Assembly (NCBI GenBank): GCA_934233745.1
Contig: CAKQGN010000001.1
Location: 322,621 to 386,620 of the forward strand
Length of the DNA stretch: 64,000 nucleotides
Direction of reading: 5' to 3'
DNA from: an uncultured Clostridia bacterium
Lineage (GTDB): Bacteria; Bacillota; Clostridia; Christensenellales; CAG-917
Position numbers and translations under genes: made by a program. Under the pieces are notes generated by a model. That model was not told where the DNA came from, made no database searches, and saw only the letters and a list, made by a program, of their open reading frames with translations. Shown here one piece after another: positions 52,845 through 62,497 of the stretch. The number at the start of each line of letters is the position of its first letter. Position 1 is the stretch's first letter.

Positions 52845-52872
52845 GTTGACAATATTGGTCAAAATGTTATAT
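52845..52872 (+). promoter_or_regulatory. Candidate promoter (TTGACA-16 nt-TATATT) for the helicase gene
   Basis: TTGACA at 52845-52850 and TATATT at 52867-52872, about 70 nt upstream of ATG 52945. Confidence 0.4.
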
Positions 52873-52944
52873 TATTAAAAAAATCAGATTTATTACAACG
52901 AGGCGGATATAAGTACTTCTTTGTTGATTTAATAAGGAGTGAAA

Positions 52945-55900
52945 ATGGGGTTCATTTCCAGTCTTTTGGGAAAATTGCGAAAAGACAAAACAAATAATCT
53001 CCCGGTAGAATATAAATTAGTCCTTGATTTCAATAAGGATTTTTCTGACTTGTTAAAAAAAGACAAATTTTTAGCAAGAAGCGATTATAAACATTTAATT
53101 GAACAGTATAAAGATATTTATGTGTTTTTTAACAGTTGTCAAAACGCAAAAACATTGCAGTACTATTGTAAACAAAACAAAGTAGACGAGAAGACAATTG
53201 ATTATTTTTTGCATTCATATAAAGATATCGAGAACTTGCAAATAGGTTCAACAATAATTAATGAACACAATGAAAACTACATTGCTTTACATTTAAAAAC
53301 AGAAAAACCGTATCTTGACTCTATATTGCAAGAAATTGACCCAAAAATAATTCTTGACGAAGAGCAACGCAGAGTTATTCTTTCAGATGAGGATTATTCT
53401 TTAGTAATTGCGGGGGCTGGAGCGGGTAAAACGACAACCGTTGCGGCAAAAGTTCGCTATCTTGTAGAGAAGAAACACATCGATCCTAAACAAATACTTG
53501 TTATTTCTTTTACAAACAAAGCCGTTGGGGAGTTAAAAGAACGGATAAATGAAGGGCTAAAAATTCAGTGCCCCATAACAACTTTCCATAGCGCAGGTTA
53601 TGCTATATTACGAAAACAAGATGTCGAAAAGAGAAACATCGTCAGTGATGGGTTCCTTTTTAAGACCGTTAGCGATTACCTAGTAGGGAACATTTTAGAA
53701 CAACCGGAATTGGTCGATAAGCTGATAATGTTTTTCGGCTCATATTTTGATGCTCCGTATGAAGGTAACGATTTGAATTTGTTCTTTAATTATGTCTCGA
53801 AAGCCGACTTTTCTACATTGAAGAGTAATGTTAATGAGTATAACGAACAGATAATAGATAGAAGAACCAATAAAGCAATAACTATAACTAATGAATCGTT
53901 AAGATCGATTCAAGAAGTTCGCATAGCAAATTTTCTGTATCTTAACAATATTGATTATGTTTATGAAGAACCATATCAGTATCACATATTAAAAGCAAAG
54001 AAGCCTTATACGCCTGATTTCTGTATTAGACAAGGCGACAAAATCGCATATATCGAACATTTTGGAATAACAGAGGATGGACATCATAGTTTCTATTCTT
54101 CGGATGAATTGTTAAAGTATAAGAAAGAGATTAATGACAAAATCGCACTGCATAGAAAGCATGGTACAACGCTTATTTATACTTTTTCGAAGTATAATGA
54201 TGGTAGAGATTTGCTTGAGCACTTAAAAGAACAACTTGAAACAAATGGCTTTAAATTGCAACCGCGTTCATCTCAAGAAGTATTTGAAAAACTCGTTAAT
54301 ACCGAAGAAAACAAGTATATTTTGAAACTTGTCAAGTTGATATGCGTTTTTATAAATAACTTCAAGACTAACGGTTATGTTTTGGAGGATTTTTCTCGCT
54401 TTGAGAGAATGACCTCAAATGTTAGAACAAAACTGTTTTTAGATGTGTGCCAAGCATGTTATCATGAGTATCAAAAAAAATTGAGAGAGATCAATGCGAT
54501 TGATTTCCAAGATATGATAAACGATTCCGCTCGTATTTTGAGAGAAAAAGCCGTAGCAAAAGAGGCATTGGATTTCAAATATATTATAGTCGACGAGTAT
54601 CAAGATATATCGAGACAAAGATTTGATTTGACGAAAGAATTGTCAAATCTTTGTTCTGCAAAAATTATTGCCGTGGGTGATGATTGGCAATCTATTTATG
54701 CGTTTAGCGGATCTGACATAACACTGTTTACGCATTTTTGCTCAATAATGGGATATGGCCAAGAACTGAAAATAACTAAAACTTATAGGAATGCGCAAGA
54801 AGTTATAGATATAGCCGGTAATTTTATTCAAAAAAATGATAGCCAGATAAAAAAGTCATTGATTTCGCCCAAACATATTCAGAAGCCAGTTATCATTGAA
54901 ACGTATAGCGAGGATTTTGATAGAAAACAATTCCAAGGAAAGGGTGGAAAATACTATCAATTAGGCAAACAGCTTGAAACGGTTATCGGTCAAATATTAA
55001 AGAAAAATCAAGAAGAAGGCAAGGGCGCAAATTCTCCGATTTTGCTAATAGGTAGATATGGCTTTGATGCAAACAATCTCTGCTTTTCAAACGATTTTGT
55101 ATACGATGAGCAGAATAACAAAATATTCAGTAAAAAATACCGCAATGCAAAACTCGAATTTCTAACTGCACATAGTTCTAAAGGATTGGGTTATGACAAT
55201 GTCGTTATAGTCAATGCAAGGAACGAAATGTATGGATTTCCATCGAAAGTCGATAACGATCCCGTGATGCAGTACGTAGTTAAAGACGATAAAACGATTG
55301 ATTATGCAGAGGAACGGCGTTTGTTCTATGTCGCAATGACAAGAACAAAAAATCGGGTATACATAATTACCCCGCAACAACATCCTTCCGAGTTTATCTT
55401 GGAGTTAATTAAAGACTACCCAAACACCTTGGTTATCGGACAAATCGAGAAAGATAACCCAACGAATGTAGGGACTATAAAGAAATGCCCGATTTGCGGA
55501 TATCCTCTCCAATTGAAATGGAAAAAGAACTACGGCCTAAAGCTATGGATTTGCACGAACGAGCCAGAGGTTTGTGGCTTTATGACTAACGACTTAAAAG
55601 GCGGAGATATGTCGATACAAAAATGTCCCAAATGTAGAGACGGGTATTTGATTGTAAAGCCCGGTACAACTGAGCCTATTCTAGGATGCACCAACTATAA
55701 GCACGATAAAACGGGTTGTGATTGTCTAATGTCAAGAGAATATTACAAAAGGTGGCTTACGAATGGCTATGAAGATGATTTGTCTGTAGATAAACCTTCA
55801 TATTCTCAAAGTGAAATAAAGGAAATGCCTAAACTTGTTCCTCAAAAGTCAAAACCGATAATCGAAAGAAAGCCAATTCGAGTTCATACTACATCAGTAG

Positions 55901-56202
55901 AAGAAAAGTATATTGAAAAAGACGGTTTTGCTGTGATTGTAGATGATGATGGTGAACTGATAACGGATATGAAGTTGTTAAGACAATTAAGGGGGCTTAG
56001 GATTAAACTGATGAAGGAGAATAATTGTCAGGCTTATAATATCATTGGCAACAAAGGGTTAGTATCGTTGGCAACCTATAAACCCGAAACTAAAGAAGAG
56101 TTTATTGGCCTAAAAGGATTAGGTGAATCTACATACAGTTCATTCGGTAAGGCTTTTATTGATGAAATAAGGGAATATAATCGATTTGGCCACAGTGAAT
56201 GA
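52945..56202 (+). CDS. UvrD/Rep-family SF1 helicase of the helicase IV (HelD)-like type with C-terminal Topo-type C4 Zn-ribbons and an HRDC domain
   Basis: Walker A: LVIAGAGAGKTTTVAAK. Motif II: YIIVDEYQDIS. Helicase-IV-like insert: IANFLYLNNIDYVYEEPY...YTPDFCIRQGDKIAYIEHFG. Zn-ribbons: KKCPICGYPL...WICTN..VCGF and QKCPKCRDGYL...LGCTNY. HRDC-like segment: LLRQLRGLRIKLMKENNCQAYNIIGNKGLVSLATYKPETKEEFIGLKGLG. Confidence 0.85.
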   Translation: MGFISSLLGKLRKDKTNNLPVEYKLVLDFNKDFSDLLKKDKFLARSDYKHLIEQYKDIYVFFNSCQNAKTLQYYCKQNKVDEKTIDYFLHSYKDIENLQIGSTIINEHNENYIALHLKTEKPYLDSILQEIDPKIILDEEQRRVILSDEDYSLVIAGAGAGKTTTVAAKVRYLVEKKHIDPKQILVISFTNKAVGELKERINEGLKIQCPITTFHSAGYAILRKQDVEKRNIVSDGFLFKTVSDYLVGNILEQPELVDKLIMFFGSYFDAPYEGNDLNLFFNYVSKADFSTLKSNVNEYNEQIIDRRTNKAITITNESLRSIQEVRIANFLYLNNIDYVYEEPYQYHILKAKKPYTPDFCIRQGDKIAYIEHFGITEDGHHSFYSSDELLKYKKEINDKIALHRKHGTTLIYTFSKYNDGRDLLEHLKEQLETNGFKLQPRSSQEVFEKLVNTEENKYILKLVKLICVFINNFKTNGYVLEDFSRFERMTSNVRTKLFLDVCQACYHEYQKKLREINAIDFQDMINDSARILREKAVAKEALDFKYIIVDEYQDISRQRFDLTKELSNLCSAKIIAVGDDWQSIYAFSGSDITLFTHFCSIMGYGQELKITKTYRNAQEVIDIAGNFIQKNDSQIKKSLISPKHIQKPVIIETYSEDFDRKQFQGKGGKYYQLGKQLETVIGQILKKNQEEGKGANSPILLIGRYGFDANNLCFSNDFVYDEQNNKIFSKKYRNAKLEFLTAHSSKGLGYDNVVIVNARNEMYGFPSKVDNDPVMQYVVKDDKTIDYAEERRLFYVAMTRTKNRVYIITPQQHPSEFILELIKDYPNTLVIGQIEKDNPTNVGTIKKCPICGYPLQLKWKKNYGLKLWICTNEPEVCGFMTNDLKGGDMSIQKCPKCRDGYLIVKPGTTEPILGCTNYKHDKTGCDCLMSREYYKRWLTNGYEDDLSVDKPSYSQSEIKEMPKLVPQKSKPIIERKPIRVHTTSVEEKYIEKDGFAVIVDDDGELITDMKLLRQLRGLRIKLMKENNCQAYNIIGNKGLVSLATYKPETKEEFIGLKGLGESTYSSFGKAFIDEIREYNRFGHSE

Positions 56203-56411
56203 GTGCTTTTGCCACACGAAAAACAAGGATCGAAGTGTGTTGGTGTTTATCAATCTAATAAGAATAGACAGCTATCTGTATTTATAGAGTTCGTTGTCTT
56301 TGTTTTTCCCATATGCCTGAATGGCTTAAAAGCAATAGACGGCACGACCTATAAAACCGTAAAAGTCGGAGAAAAATCCATATTCCTAACAACTAAAAAT
56401 TCCCTCAAAGC

Positions 56412-56450
56412 AAACGAAAAGCCGGGAGCAAAACCTCTCGGCTTTCGTTT
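56412..56450. terminator. Bidirectional terminator between convergent genes
   Basis: AAACGAAAAGCCGGGAG - loop - CTCTCGGCTTTCGTTT, an imperfect ~16-bp stem flanked by A/T runs. It overlaps the stop codon of the minus-strand rSAM-like gene. Confidence 0.6.
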
Positions 56451-57210
56451 AATCTGATATGGTTCCTTCTTTGATATGATAAGCAATGTCGTGTTCATTG
56501 CAAAACTCGATAGTTTGCTGTGCCAACATGTTAAAAAATTCCTTATGATTTTTATACGCTGAGACCAGTTTATTGTAGTTTAATCTTCCAAAGATTATTT
56601 TATCTACGAATTTTATTGTCTCTAATATGTCGCGAAAATCCTGTTCGATTATATTAGGCGTCGGATAGGGTTCTATGCTCACCCAAGTCTTATAACCAGA
56701 GTCGTGCAAGTATTTTAATGCTTCTATTCTATCAACATATGAAGCTGAAAAGGGTTCCATTTCTTTCCTAAAATCTTCATTTAAAGAAATCAATGATATT
56801 CCATATTCATTTTCTTTTGATAAATTTGCTAGTTCATGAGGCAATATACCTTTGGTTAACACGGTACATTTTATTCCAGCGGAATTCAGTTTTTCAATAC
56901 AATTTAGACTCATCTTTTGAATTTCTTCATAACCATACATAAACGGATCTGTTGTAAAACACAGCTGAACAGATTTGATTTTATCTTTTAATTTAGGGAT
57001 CTCATTATCCAATAGCTCAAGAGCATTGATTACCAATTTAGGCTCACACCATTCTTCATATGACTTAATTTTGCCAAAACGCTTTGCTAAAAGCATAGCA
57101 TAACAGGGATACTTGCAACCATGTGCACATCCTTCAGCAATGTTGATTGTATAGTCGCCATATTCAACGCCTGTTTTATAAAGCAGACTTTTTCTTTCAA
57201 TGTAGTTCAT
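56449..57210 (-). CDS. Radical-SAM-like protein (SplB/COG1533-like) with CX3CX3C cluster spacing
   Basis: YTINIAEGCAHGCKYPCYAM resembles the GCxHxCxYCYA block of SplB-like radical SAM enzymes, but with one extra residue before the third Cys. Confidence 0.7.
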   Translation of the reverse strand: MNYIERKSLLYKTGVEYGDYTINIAEGCAHGCKYPCYAMLLAKRFGKIKSYEEWCEPKLVINALELLDNEIPKLKDKIKSVQLCFTTDPFMYGYEEIQKMSLNCIEKLNSAGIKCTVLTKGILPHELANLSKENEYGISLISLNEDFRKEMEPFSASYVDRIEALKYLHDSGYKTWVSIEPYPTPNIIEQDFRDILETIKFVDKIIFGRLNYNKLVSAYKNHKEFFNMLAQQTIEFCNEHDIAYHIKEGTISD

Positions 57211-58379
57211 AACAACTCCACAAATATATCATTTTTTAAAAAATCCAAAGACTTGGATGGCTTTCCAGCCGGCGTCAAAGGATTTTTACGGTGAATACGA
57301 ATTTTGCCAGCTATTTCTAGTTTTTGAAGTGCTTCTCTTATGTCCTTATGCAAATACTTTGGACCGTTTAAAGTGTTCGCTTTTAGACACAACTCCTTGC
57401 AATCAATTGGTTTATTAGTTCCATATTGTTGGAGTAACAAAATAATATCATCCTCACAAGAAACGCGAGAATAATCATAATCAAATATGGACTCTTGTTG
57501 CCCTCTATTATCCAAACTCATTTGATAACTACATTTTATCATGTTTTCGCACATAAATAAAGCCCCGTGAATATGTCGAGTGGCAAAAATCATTCTATAT
57601 TTTGGAATCTTGCAATCGCCGGTCTTGACTGCAAATTCAAATACATATTCAAAATCTTTACTTAGCACATTCATATATTGCTGGACAAACAATTCTTCCG
57701 CTTTGCGACCTGAAATGACGCCTTCTTTTTTTTGGTTGATAATATCCTGCCAATATGTACCATTTGCAATGGCATTCATATTTTCAACGCTATTTGCAAA
57801 AGTATCGTCGTCACTTTCTTCGAATGAACCTAAATCTTCATCAACTTCCGCGCCGAGAAGACGACAGCCTTCTCGAATAAATCCAAATGAATTTAGATTC
57901 AGCAACAACTCAACGCTATTCGGGTTTGACGCCAATTCAGAGAAAACATTGTACCGTAAATGCTTTATTCCAAACGGATCAACGCACATGAATATATTCT
58001 TGCCCTTATTCTTATCGCGAGACAAAATCGATAATGCTTCCTCTTTATAATCTTTATTAAGGACATAGCACCAATCGCGATCTAAAGCTTGCTTTAGACA
58101 ACTAGCATATTTCCTATTATATTCAATAAAAATTGGTATTACTTTGTTAGGATAACGGGTGGATTCGTGTGCTTGTTCGATTTTATCTCGTATTATTATT
58201 GGAGAACCATCCGTACCATCATCAAATTTTCCTTTTCCTGCAAAACCGTCAATGAATAACGTGTCTCGTCCTGTTGAGAGAATCTTTGAAAGATATAATT
58301 GCAAATAGTTTTCCAATAATTTATCTTTATAGATTGACCATCCTTTTTTCGTTTTAAAAAAACTTGAAGTGTTGCTCAT
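57207..58379 (-). CDS. TcmP-like (three-Cys-motif partner protein-like) protein with MTase-like DGFAGKG motif
   Basis: WSIYKDKLLENYLQLYLSKIL...TLFIDGFAGKGKFDDGTDGSPIII resembles my recollection of the TIGRFAM three-Cys-motif partner family. Its stop overlaps the start of the rSAM-like gene (ATGA-type 4-nt overlap). Confidence 0.5.
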   Translation of the reverse strand: MSNTSSFFKTKKGWSIYKDKLLENYLQLYLSKILSTGRDTLFIDGFAGKGKFDDGTDGSPIIIRDKIEQAHESTRYPNKVIPIFIEYNRKYASCLKQALDRDWCYVLNKDYKEEALSILSRDKNKGKNIFMCVDPFGIKHLRYNVFSELASNPNSVELLLNLNSFGFIREGCRLLGAEVDEDLGSFEESDDDTFANSVENMNAIANGTYWQDIINQKKEGVISGRKAEELFVQQYMNVLSKDFEYVFEFAVKTGDCKIPKYRMIFATRHIHGALFMCENMIKCSYQMSLDNRGQQESIFDYDYSRVSCEDDIILLLQQYGTNKPIDCKELCLKANTLNGPKYLHKDIREALQKLEIAGKIRIHRKNPLTPAGKPSKSLDFLKNDIFVELL

Positions 58380-58382
58380 CGT

Positions 58383-61300
58383 TTACTCCATGGGTTTTAT
58401 CATTGTATTGATGAAAGAGATTTCTTCCAATGTCAACTTGCATTTATCGCAGATTTGCTGATTTATTTCGTTTATGGTTTTTGAAAAATCAATAAGACTA
58501 CTCGTGTCTGTATAATCCAAAATATCAGGCACAAATTTTGCGAGAGCGGATAAGGATTCATCAGACAACAAGAAGGCATATTTAATAATTGGACAATTAG
58601 CATATTTGAAAAAGTTTTTGGCCTCTTGTTCTGTTTTAAAAGATTTTAATGCAACTCTTGCGCGTCCAAAAACACTGTGATTATCAATTATCGCCATTTG
58701 ATTATCCCTGCCTTCTTGACCGCCTGGATGAGCACTTGAAACTACAACTTGCCATTCATTTATATACCCAAGATTATTAGTGATCAAGCTTTTATTTATG
58801 ACAAACCAACCGCTTCTTCCTGCAGGTCCTGCTTTATCATTTGTTAATACTTTTATATCATTGGGGCCTAAAGACTCTCCCTCAATATATTTTCTTGTTG
58901 CAACAAGATTTTTTTCGATAAAATCACTTTCAATTCCGAACAGAGATCTTGACAAAATACTTTTATGCAAATATTCTAAATTATTAGATTCCACAAATTG
59001 TTTTATTTTGTTTGCAATGCTTATGTCTTGAGGGTTGATAAGCAGCAAATCGTCTCCTGGATTGGTTTGAATCACGGAAAGCTTGCTTCGGTCCGTGATA
59101 TACTCATATTTAAATTCCTCCGAATCCTTATCTTTGTCCATTACGACAATAGAAATACCGTCAGAAATGTCAGTACATTCAAATACATCTTTTGACTTTG
59201 GATAAAAGATAACCTTGCTGAGATTTCTTGAATTTATCAACTGTTTACCAAATTCTTTTAATCCTTTTCCCGATTGATGAATCCAACGGATGCCAGGGAA
59301 AATCAAAACTGAATATTTATTCGCTATTTGTTCAGATAGAATTTGAAAGTATTGAAAAATATTTGTCCGCGGGTTTTGTCCATTTGTATTGCTGTTATTT
59401 TTTGCTTCAGATTGATACGGAGGATTACCTACAACTGCTTCAAATTTTATCATATCGTTTTCTCCTTCGGTGAGGGTATCTGTCAATTTTATTGTATCGA
59501 ACGGCTTGTTCTGCGTCAGCAACGCCTTGATCTTATCGTAATCGACGTTGTTATCCTTTTTGACTTCAAGTAAGTCGGTTGCTACAAATTCTTTTGCTAT
59601 GTTTGCCACGTTTAACCCCAGCATTTCGTAAAGCTTTCGCGTGAGTTCATAACATACGGACGATTTTGGAATGATGTATATGCTGTTTTTGACAATCTCT
59701 TCCGATACACCCAAAGCGCACATTTTTTTATAGAGCGCAACGGCATATTCGCCGGCAGTCCCTGCAATATCCAAAACTTTTCCGTTTGTTTGAGAGAGTG
59801 CTGTGTAGGTTTCATCGGGGATGAGGCTTACCATATCATCACAAATATTCGACGGCGTAACGACAATCGCATCGCCTAATTTCCCGAATTTGTTTATTGC
59901 AACGGACGCTTTTTCTGCAGGGCTCAAAGTGTCGTCATTTGACAATTTGTTCAAATTTTGGATTTTATAATCCAAATCGCTTAGTACAAACTTGTTTGTT
60001 TGTTGATTCAGCAAAGAAAGAACTTCGACGTTTAAGCCCAGATTTTTGATTATTCTTGCATTATCTTCGGTGGTGCTTTTTACAATAATATCGGCAAGAG
60101 AAATCACCGTATCTTTTGTGATAAATGCAAATAGCAAAATCCTTGCGTAATAACTCTGAATCTTTTTCGACAAGCTTTGTTCTTTATTTTTTTGCTCGTC
60201 AATAGAAATAGGCTCGGCTTTAGTAGGATTGTCAGGATTATCTTTGTTGTTGGACGAATCTGGGATATTCATATCTTCGACTTCTTCTTCGCCGTCTTCT
60301 TGTTCATGTGCGACAGTGGAAAGACCCGACTTTGAGCCGATTTCGTTCTCTTTTTCTATTGCGGAACGAATTGTGTCGTCGTTAAGAACGCTTAAATCGA
60401 CGGGGACTTCCAATGCCTCGTCTTTTATACCTTTGTTCTTTTGATAATTGCTGACCGCTTCAAGAATGTCGCTTGCGACAACTTTGACGATTTTATCTTT
60501 ATTCAGCGTAATTATAGGAGAAATTTCCAACTCTTGTCGTATGCGTTTTTCGAGTTCGGTATTTCCGCCTGTTTCAACGTTTACATTATAGATTTTGGAT
60601 TTTCTTTCTTGCATAGCGAACATTCTGTTCGGATCGAAATCGACGAGCAGAGTCTGCGGCTTCTTATTGAATTTTATCGTATGTCCGTTGCTATCTGTAT
60701 AAGTCGTAACATACTGATTTTGCAGGCGAAAAACTGCCTGATCATATTCTTGCGGTGATGCTGTATCTTTGAAAAACAGCATCGTATCCCATTCGCGCAC
60801 GGTGCTGCCTGTAAGCATACGATTGACCGTGAGCGTTATAGTCTTTTTGCCTTCAGATTCAAATTTTGCAATTGCTCGCTTTACATCTTCGGCTGTTTTA
60901 TACTTATTGGGATTATCTACGCCGGATATGTTTACGATTTCATATTCGCCGAGATTTTTGAAATGTTTTTCGTTATTTTTAATTAACGCTTCTAATGCGT
61001 CACAAGATGCGCAATACGGCAAAACAATAACCATATGCCTGCACATTTTGCCTTCTTTGATTTTATCGTAATCAAGAAAACCTAAAAGACAATCGTCCTC
61101 TTTACTTCCGTCAATAACCGAGAACAAATCCAATAGTTCTTCTTCATTTTCGAATAGTTTATGTGAGCCGTCATCTGCCTTTTTGATTGATTTGGGTTTG
61201 AAAAGAGCAGAAAAAGCATACGTTGTTCCGCTTGTTCTAAGACTTTCGAGTTTTTTGCGCGACGATTCGTTAGGTACAAATGCAAAACGAACCATCTGCG

Positions 61301-62483
61301 GGAAACCATAATAAGGGTTCTCCCAATCTTCTTTCTTTTCTTCTTCGGGTAAAGCGAAATTTTCTTCGTCCCATTTCTTTTGGTCGTTTACTATATCCGT
61401 AAATTGGTAAAAAGCGATAATATCTTCTTTCGAAAATTCGCTTCCCATCAAAATGCGATACGGCGTTCCCGACAAATGAATTGTATTTTTTGCTTTTAAT
61501 ACTTTGATTGCGGCATCCGCTTCGCTTGCTTCTACAAAATCGTCGGCATCCTTTTTATTCTTTGCGTCGGCAACGTAATTCGTCGCTCCTTTAAGAACTT
61601 CTCCGTATTTTTCTGCGCGTGCTCCGAAATGTGTTTCATCTACGAGCAATAAATCGATATCTTGTCCAAAGACTTCTTGATGCTTGTTTTTTATGGCTTT
61701 GCCTTGCAAGTCTTGTAAGGTCAAAAAGACGACAACCTTTTTGCCCGACGATAATTTTTCGGTAATCAAATGATTGTTTCGCAATAAATTTTTCGCCGAA
61801 ATAAAATCATAATCTGCAAAAAGAACGTGACTTTCGACCGTCTTTTTCCATTCGGACAAAACGTCGGCTTTTGCCGATACGACAACCACCAAACTATCAT
61901 TATTCGCAACGGCGCAGCACATAGAAGTGAACGACTTGCCGAAACGCATTACGGCATACATCAATAAATTGTGGCGGTCGTCTGCAACTGCCTTTTTGAA
62001 TGCCTTAACCGTATCTTCCTGATTCGGACGCAATGGATAAGTTTCCGTGCGCTGAAAAGCCATATCTTCCGGTTTAAGCGTTTCCGCATTATAAAAAGAG
62101 TATTTTTGTGTTTTTGCCGAAAAATCTCTTTTTATATCTTCAATAGCTTCTTCCAAATCTTCGACGGAAGCATCCTTGAAAAACTCTTTCGAATAATATA
62201 CATCGGCAGGAATATCTGAAAGAAGAAGCCTTATTCTGCTTTTTTCGGTTTCTAAGAATTTATGTACTGCAAAATCGCGAAAATAAACATCATCGATTTT
62301 CGCAATAGAATCAAACTCCTTTTTTAATGTGGGGAAATACGCTTCCCATTCTTTTAATCTGACGGACACAGGACGATACGTATCGCCGACCTTCAGATAA
62401 TTAGGAATTGTATTCGTCGAAAACGCATAGATATGAGGCTCTACGCGCCCAATGATTATTTCGTCCAAAAGCGAGTAATCCAT
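58383..62483 (-). CDS. Giant fusion: T5orf172/GIY-YIG-like N-domain + SF2 (DExH) helicase + gamma-class N6-adenine DNA methyltransferase + C-terminal recognition-like region (Type ISP-like architecture)
   Basis: N-terminus: GRVEPHIYAFSTNTIPNYLKVGDTYRPVSVRLKEW (T5orf172-like). Helicase motifs: MYAVMRFGKSFT (motif I), LLLVDETHFGA (motif II), VNRMLTGSTVREWDTMLFF...QAVFRLQN (motifs V/VI). MTase motifs: VLDIAGTAGEYA (motif I), FEAVVGNPPYQ (motif IV). Confidence 0.85.
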   Translation of the reverse strand: MDYSLLDEIIIGRVEPHIYAFSTNTIPNYLKVGDTYRPVSVRLKEWEAYFPTLKKEFDSIAKIDDVYFRDFAVHKFLETEKSRIRLLLSDIPADVYYSKEFFKDASVEDLEEAIEDIKRDFSAKTQKYSFYNAETLKPEDMAFQRTETYPLRPNQEDTVKAFKKAVADDRHNLLMYAVMRFGKSFTSMCCAVANNDSLVVVVSAKADVLSEWKKTVESHVLFADYDFISAKNLLRNNHLITEKLSSGKKVVVFLTLQDLQGKAIKNKHQEVFGQDIDLLLVDETHFGARAEKYGEVLKGATNYVADAKNKKDADDFVEASEADAAIKVLKAKNTIHLSGTPYRILMGSEFSKEDIIAFYQFTDIVNDQKKWDEENFALPEEEKKEDWENPYYGFPQMVRFAFVPNESSRKKLESLRTSGTTYAFSALFKPKSIKKADDGSHKLFENEEELLDLFSVIDGSKEDDCLLGFLDYDKIKEGKMCRHMVIVLPYCASCDALEALIKNNEKHFKNLGEYEIVNISGVDNPNKYKTAEDVKRAIAKFESEGKKTITLTVNRMLTGSTVREWDTMLFFKDTASPQEYDQAVFRLQNQYVTTYTDSNGHTIKFNKKPQTLLVDFDPNRMFAMQERKSKIYNVNVETGGNTELEKRIRQELEISPIITLNKDKIVKVVASDILEAVSNYQKNKGIKDEALEVPVDLSVLNDDTIRSAIEKENEIGSKSGLSTVAHEQEDGEEEVEDMNIPDSSNNKDNPDNPTKAEPISIDEQKNKEQSLSKKIQSYYARILLFAFITKDTVISLADIIVKSTTEDNARIIKNLGLNVEVLSLLNQQTNKFVLSDLDYKIQNLNKLSNDDTLSPAEKASVAINKFGKLGDAIVVTPSNICDDMVSLIPDETYTALSQTNGKVLDIAGTAGEYAVALYKKMCALGVSEEIVKNSIYIIPKSSVCYELTRKLYEMLGLNVANIAKEFVATDLLEVKKDNNVDYDKIKALLTQNKPFDTIKLTDTLTEGENDMIKFEAVVGNPPYQSEAKNNSNTNGQNPRTNIFQYFQILSEQIANKYSVLIFPGIRWIHQSGKGLKEFGKQLINSRNLSKVIFYPKSKDVFECTDISDGISIVVMDKDKDSEEFKYEYITDRSKLSVIQTNPGDDLLLINPQDISIANKIKQFVESNNLEYLHKSILSRSLFGIESDFIEKNLVATRKYIEGESLGPNDIKVLTNDKAGPAGRSGWFVINKSLITNNLGYINEWQVVVSSAHPGGQEGRDNQMAIIDNHSVFGRARVALKSFKTEQEAKNFFKYANCPIIKYAFLLSDESLSALAKFVPDILDYTDTSSLIDFSKTINEINQQICDKCKLTLEEISFINTMIKPME

Positions 62484-62497
62484 GTCGTTTCCTGTCC

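Noticed and set aside
56203-56457. 84-aa + strand ORF after the helicase gene
   Set aside because: It starts with GTG directly at the helicase stop and has no RBS. It runs through the bidirectional terminator hairpin and overlaps the end of the convergent rSAM-like gene.
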